Shown here one piece after another: positions 60,787 through 64,000 of a stretch of 64,000 nt of DNA. The DNA is taken from IMG/VR virus record IMGVR_UViG_3300021400_000095, one strand, 5' to 3'. The stretch is from a virus. Taxonomy: Duplodnaviria > Caudoviricetes. The translations under genes and the position numbers were made by a program. The notes under the pieces were generated by a model. It was not told the origin of the DNA. It did no database searches and was given only the letters and a program-made list of their open reading frames with translations. The number at the start of each line of letters is the position of its first letter. Position 1 is the first letter of the stretch.

Positions 60787-60819
60787 TGGCATGATTTTTG
60801 TTACTATGTAAAAATACTT

Positions 60820-60893
60820 GGCCCCTTAGACCAATTGGAAGAGTCAATAGATTCAAAACCTATTCAGTGTGAGTTCAAATCTCACAGGGGCTA
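60820..60893 (+). tRNA. tRNA-Leu(CAA), short variable loop
   Basis: GGCCCCT/AGGGGCT, loop TT-CAA-AA, T arm GTGAG-TTCAAAT-CTCAC. Confidence 0.85.
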
Positions 60894-60950
60894 CAAAAAA
60901 AATAAAACTATTTGTTTTTATTTGAAAAATTTGTACTTTTGTAAAAAGTT

Positions 60951-60965
60951 TGGCATGATTATTGC
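60951..60965 (+). promoter_or_regulatory. sigma-54-like -24/-12 promoter (also 60787, 61311, 61847 on +; 12407-12421 and 17540-17554 on -)
   Basis: TGGCATGATTATTGC compared with consensus TGGCACG-N4-TTGC. Confidence 0.65.
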
Positions 60966-61004
60966 TACTAAATGAAATGTAGTTCATTGAAATATTACTT
61001 ACTT

Positions 61005-61087
61005 GGGTAGGTATGTGAAGTGGTCAAACACACCTGACTGTAAATCAGGCAGCTCAGCTTTCGGGGGTTCGAATCCCTCCCTGCCCA
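61005..61087 (+). tRNA. tRNA-Tyr(GTA)
   Basis: CCTGA-CTGTAAA-TCAGG, long variable arm, GGTTCGAATCC. Confidence 0.95.
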
Positions 61088-61092
61088 CATAT

Positions 61093-61165
61093 GCTTCCAT
61101 AATTCAATTGAAAGAATGTTTCCCCCCTAAGGAAAAAGTTGAAGGTTTGAATCCTTCTGGAAGTA
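61093..61165 (+). tRNA. tRNA-Arg(CCT), atypical (C33, A19, U56)
   Basis: TTTCC-CCCCTAA-GGAAA; T arm GAAGG-TTTGAAT-CCTTC. Confidence 0.8.
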
Positions 61166-61173
61166 CAAGTAAT

Positions 61174-61246
61174 GGTCTTGTGGCAGAATGATTGATGCAC
61201 CTGCCTCTTAAGCAGGGTGATGTGGGTTTGAATCCCATCAGGACCA
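61174..61246 (+). tRNA. tRNA-Lys(CTT), atypical elbow (A19, U56)
   Basis: CCTGC-CTCTTAA-GCAGG; T loop TTTGAAT. Confidence 0.85.
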
Positions 61247-61360
61247 CACAAAAAAAAGTTAAGATTTATGTTGCTTTTTATCTAAATTATTTATATATTT
61301 GTAAAAAGTTTGGCATGATTCTTGCTATTAAACTTGAAAGTTCATTGAAAATATAATAAT

Positions 61361-61434
61361 GGGAACATAGCTCAATTGGTTAGAGCAATTGACTGTTAAT
61401 CAATAGGTTATGGGTTCAAGTCCCTTTGTTCCCG
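61361..61434 (+). tRNA. tRNA-Asn(GTT)
   Basis: ATTGA-CTGTTAA-TCAAT; G73. Confidence 0.93.
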
Positions 61435-61458
61435 CAGAAAAAGATGTTTGAAATACAT

Positions 61459-61533
61459 GCTGGGGTCTACTAATTGGTTGAGGTACCCAGATTTTCAATC
61501 TGTGCAATGCGAGTTCGAGTCTCGTCCCCAGTA
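61459..61533 (+). tRNA. tRNA-Glu(TTC)
   Basis: CAGA-TTTTCAA-TCTG; T arm GCGAG-TTCGAGT-CTCGT. Confidence 0.88.
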
Positions 61534-61575
61534 CCTGTAGGTTTGTCAGTGGCATGCCCTAAAACTGTCAAAGTA

Positions 61576-61653
61576 CTAATCAGTCATCTAGTGAACAAGG
61601 ATGCCTAGCAGTGATGCACATGGACACAGAGGTTTGAATCCTCTCTGATTAGC
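61576..61653 (+). ncRNA. tRNA-like RNA with non-canonical anticodon arm
   Basis: CTAATCAG/CTGATTAG acceptor, D arm, T arm AGAGG-TTTGAAT-CCTCT; no 7-nt anticodon loop. Confidence 0.6.
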
Positions 61654-61659
61654 AAATTA

Positions 61660-61729
61660 AGAAAACATACAGCAAAATTTATTTTGTAAAATTTGAATTT
61701 GGGTTTCAAACTGAAAAAAATGTTTTCTG
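61660..61729 (+). ncRNA. ACAGCAA-motif RNA copy 1 (anticodon-like loop TT-TGG-GT)
   Basis: AGAAAACAT/ATGTTTTCT closing stem; TTTGAA/TTCAAA stem with 7-nt loop. Confidence 0.7.
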
Positions 61730-61737
61730 TAAAATAT

Positions 61738-61808
61738 TGAAATGTCGTTCAAAGGTAGGACTCAGGATTTTGGTCCCTGCAATGTAGGTTCGATTCCTAC
61801 CATTTCAA
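61738..61808 (+). tRNA. tRNA-Gln(TTG)
   Basis: TGAAATG/CATTTCA, loop TT-TTG-GT, GTAGG-TTCGATT-CCTAC. Confidence 0.9.
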
Positions 61809-61889
61809 CAAAGTTTTTTGAAAATTATACTGACTTTTTAAAATCTTGGCATGATTTTTGAATAACTAACATTAGTTCTTTGATTTAAT

Positions 61890-62414
61890 GCATCAGTAGC
61901 TCAGTTGGACAGAGCAACAGCCTTTAAGTGATTGATTTTCAATCAAATAGGAGTGTACTTAAGGAAACTTAAGATATAGAACTTTCCAAATTAGGTGAAG
62001 GCTAAGTACAGTGGGAACCTCACAGTGTAGGTTTTAAAAGGATGATAACCCACATGAGTATATGCTAATACCTAGCCAATGTCCCTGATATTCTAAAACA
62101 AAACATTCAAGTGAGAAGTGTGTGTCTTCTCAGAATATTAGACAGTGTGTAGAGACTAGATGGAAAGAACCTAAGTTGAAATATTAATGTGTACAGGTGG
62201 AAGCAGACCACATAAAAACTTAATGCTTTAAAAGACATTAATTACTTGCAAGATTTCAATATGGTTAAGGTATAGTCCAGACTACAAACATTAACTTGTT
62301 GGAGGAAGTAACTTGATGAAACCTTAAAAAATCTAATCCAATTAATAATGTGATAGTGAAAACTATTGTAGTAGGCTAAGCTGTGGGTCCTGGGTTCGAA
62401 TCCCAGCTGATGTA
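61890..62414 (+). tRNA. tRNA-Arg(TCT) interrupted by a group I intron
   Basis: exons 61890-61924 and 62376-62414 join to give ACAGC-CTTCTAA-GCTGT; acceptor GCATCAG/CTGATGT. Confidence 0.85.
61925..62375 (+). mobile_element. group I self-splicing intron (IC3-like), 451 nt, no ORF
   Basis: follows U and ends in G; P AAATTAGGTGAA, Q AATACCTAGCC, R GTAGAGACTA, S AAGGTATAGTCC. Confidence 0.85.
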
Positions 62415-62509
62415 CAAAAAAAAATTAAAAAGTTCATTGACAAGTTTGGTAAATACAATAATCTATTTTGTAGATATGTGATATTGAAATAAAATAGTTG
62501 ACCTCAATG

Positions 62510-62632
62510 GCTATAATTGTTAAGTGGCTGAAAACAGTGGTCTTACCCTAAAGTACTGATATGGGGAAAACCACAATGTTAAATATAAAGTGCTGTATTT
62601 AACACACATTGGTTCAAATCCAATTTATAGCA
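62510..62632 (+). ncRNA. class II tRNA-like RNA with a 21-nt insertion in the anticodon loop
   Basis: GCTATAA/TTATAGC, GTGGT/ACCAC stem around a 28-nt loop, long variable arm, ATTGG-TTCAAAT-CCAAT. Confidence 0.7.
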
Positions 62633-62892
62633 TACTAGAGAGGTTATTTAATAAAACAAATACTGACAGTAGCATTGAATAAATGCTTAACATACTTGAT
62701 TTATGTGTTGAAGTTAACCTTCCTTGTAACATTTAACACTAAATAAGTTCACAGTAGCAAAGTAATCTGAGGTGGGTTCCGGCCAGCGGACTGGTATAAG
62801 CAAGAAGAGAGGAATACATAGTTTAATTAAAACAATTAGTGGTCATATATGTTAATGGTGACAGAGTTCAGAATAAGTTTTATTTTTTTATT

Positions 62893-62979
62893 GGAGAGGT
62901 GGCAGAGTGGTCTATTGCATCGGTCTTGAAAACCGAAGTCCTTGTAAGGGGACCCAGGGTTCGAATCCCTGCCTCTCCG
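62893..62979 (+). tRNA. tRNA-Ser(TGA)
   Basis: TCGGT-CTTGAAA-ACCGA, long variable arm, G73. Confidence 0.95.
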
Positions 62980-62985
62980 CATAGA

Positions 62986-63065
62986 AGAAAACATACAGCA
63001 AATTATAATTTAATGAATTTAATGCTATTGAAATTTGGGATTTTCAAACAAAAAAATGTTTTCTG
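62986..63065 (+). ncRNA. ACAGCAA-motif RNA copy 2 (anticodon-like loop TT-TGG-GA)
   Basis: AGAAAACATACAGCAA...TTGAAA-TTTGGGA-TTTTCAA...ATGTTTTCTG. Confidence 0.7.
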
Positions 63066-63071
63066 TTATTT

Positions 63072-63145
63072 ACCTCATTAGCCCAATTGGAAGAGGCAAT
63101 AGGTTTAGGGCCTATTAAGTGTGAGTTCAAATCTCACATGAGGTA
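63072..63145 (+). tRNA. tRNA-Leu(TAG), short variable loop
   Basis: ATAGG-TTTAGGG-CCTAT; ACCTCAT/ATGAGGT. Confidence 0.85.
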
Positions 63146-63232
63146 CTGATAATCAAATTGTTATCACAAAATTTGCTACTTTTTCATGGCCAATGAAAAT
63201 GAAGCAAAAATATTGATAAAATATTGAAAATT

Positions 63233-63397
63233 AAAAACTTCCTGGTCTAGAAATAGACAAAAATAGCATTAGAACAATGGGCAACCTAGGAATGTCACAT
63301 TGTACTTGCTGGGTGGATATAATTGAATGTGCACTTGATGAATAACACCCCATAGGCTTAATCCTTAATAAATTGGGACAGATGGATGGAAGTTTTT
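63233..63397 (+). ncRNA. candidate multi-helix structured RNA
   Basis: AAAAACTTCC/GGAAGTTTTT closing stem enclosing GTCTA-GAAA-TAGAC, TAGCA..ACAATG/CATTGT..TGCTG and GGTG/CACC. Confidence 0.55.
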
Positions 63398-63407
63398 TTC
63401 TAAAAAT

Positions 63408-63481
63408 AGGGTAGTAGTTCAGTTGGCTAGAACACTTGGTTTGGGACCAAGGGGTCGCAGGTTCGAGTCCTGTCTACCCTA
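63408..63481 (+). tRNA. tRNA-Pro(TGG)
   Basis: CTTGG-TTTGGGA-CCAAG; GCAGG-TTCGAGT-CCTGT; A1-U72. Confidence 0.92.
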
Positions 63482-63692
63482 CCTAATCATTTAATAATTA
63501 ATTACTTAGGTGGTTCAAAAAGTCATTAAACTGCTGTGGGGGTTAGACTTCCCCCTTTGTGTGAAAAATATATTAATACTATTTTATATTAAACTCTGAA
63601 AAGACAAGCTGCAACTTGTTGAAGTAAGTGGGCTTTTATTATTTTAATGTTCTATGTTGCAGAATACTATATTAAACTAATAAAAGAAAAAA

Positions 63693-63759
63693 TTTCTTGT
63701 AAGTCTCAGTGGAAGAGCTACCCATGGGGTGGTCATTGGTTCGAATCCAATCAGGGAAC
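63693..63759 (+). ncRNA. tRNA-like RNA with truncated anticodon arm
   Basis: acceptor TTTCTTG/CAGGGAA, D arm CTCAGTGGAAGAG, T arm ATTGG-TTCGAAT-CCAAT; only TACCCATGGGGT between the D arm and variable region. Confidence 0.6.
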
Positions 63760-63765
63760 AAATTA

Positions 63766-63837
63766 AGGAAACATACAGCAAACAACATTTAAGCCTCAAA
63801 CTTTTAATTTGAAAATGCTAAATAATTTAGTTTCCTG
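63766..63837 (+). ncRNA. ACAGCAA-motif RNA copy 3 (anticodon-like loop CT-TTT-AA)
   Basis: AGGAAAC/GTTTCCT closing stem; TCAAA-CTTTTAA-TTTGA. Confidence 0.7.
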
Positions 63838-63919
63838 TAAATCTTAACCTTGGATGAAATCATTAGTATATTCCTATCATTGCTAACAGAAAGTAAAGAA
63901 GAGCCAAGGTTTTTTTAAT

Positions 63920-63990
63920 AGGAGTATGGTGTAATGGTAGCATCCGACTCTCCAAAAGTCTAGGCCTCTGTTCGACTCGGAGTACTCCTG
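63920..63990 (+). tRNA. tRNA-Trp(CCA)
   Basis: AGGAGTA/TACTCCT, GACT-CTCCAAA-AGTC, G73. Confidence 0.92.
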
Positions 63991-64000
63991 CATCAGTTTT

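Noticed and set aside
61003-61251. ORFs 61003-61191 and 61054-61251 (and 62839-63081)
   Set aside because: They overlap tRNA genes and are spurious translations.
61925-62375. Homing endonuclease inside the intron
   Set aside because: No ORF of adequate length within the 451 nt.
63505-63560. Additional tRNA around GGGGG-TTAGACT-TCCCC
   Set aside because: Only a T-arm-like hairpin; I could not build a convincing acceptor or anticodon arm.
61660-63837. CRISPR array formed by the AAACATACAGCAA repeats
   Set aside because: Only three copies, 0.8-1.3 kb apart and separated by tRNAs; no regular spacers and no cas genes.

Overview
This window is 64 kb of a very AT-rich jumbo/mega-phage genome. The host is probably Bacteroidales (Prevotella-like), based on an OmpA-family gene and many Bacteroidetes-type TAnnTTTG promoters. 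The long ORFs read in the standard code, and TAG is only rarely used as a stop. Bases 1-60.2 kb hold virion/fibre genes behind a conserved ACTATTTAT motif, plus an amidase, IF-1, Thg1, SSB, thioredoxin, DnaJ, ClpP, two sigma-70-type factors, DNA methyltransferases, an SbcC/gp46-like ATPase, a RuvC-like resolvase, primase, a DHFR-ThyA fusion, a vWA+PurA-like pair, RmlD and a Prs-like enzyme. Bases 58.4-64 kb hold a tRNA/ncRNA cluster. The main observations are: (1) three copies of an unannotated RNA, AG(A/G)AAACATACAGCAA...GTTT(T/C)CTG, each showing a tRNA-type anticodon stem-loop (Pro-TGG twice, Lys-TTT once) with a covarying closing stem; (2) a 43-codon leader containing all 20 amino acids, with terminator/antiterminator helices, ahead of the tRNA array; (3) a cassette of an amber-containing mini-leader (M-T-H-TAG-V-L-N-P-P-stop), a Pth2-like gene, tandem pseudoknots and a CUA amber-suppressor tRNA; (4) near-total CpG and apparent GATC avoidance, extending to compensatory A19-U56 tRNA elbows; (5) sigma-54-like promoters and boxA elements on the tRNA cluster; (6) a group I intron in tRNA-Arg(UCU) and several tRNA-like RNAs with remodelled anticodon arms. 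All calls were made by eye, with no database searches.
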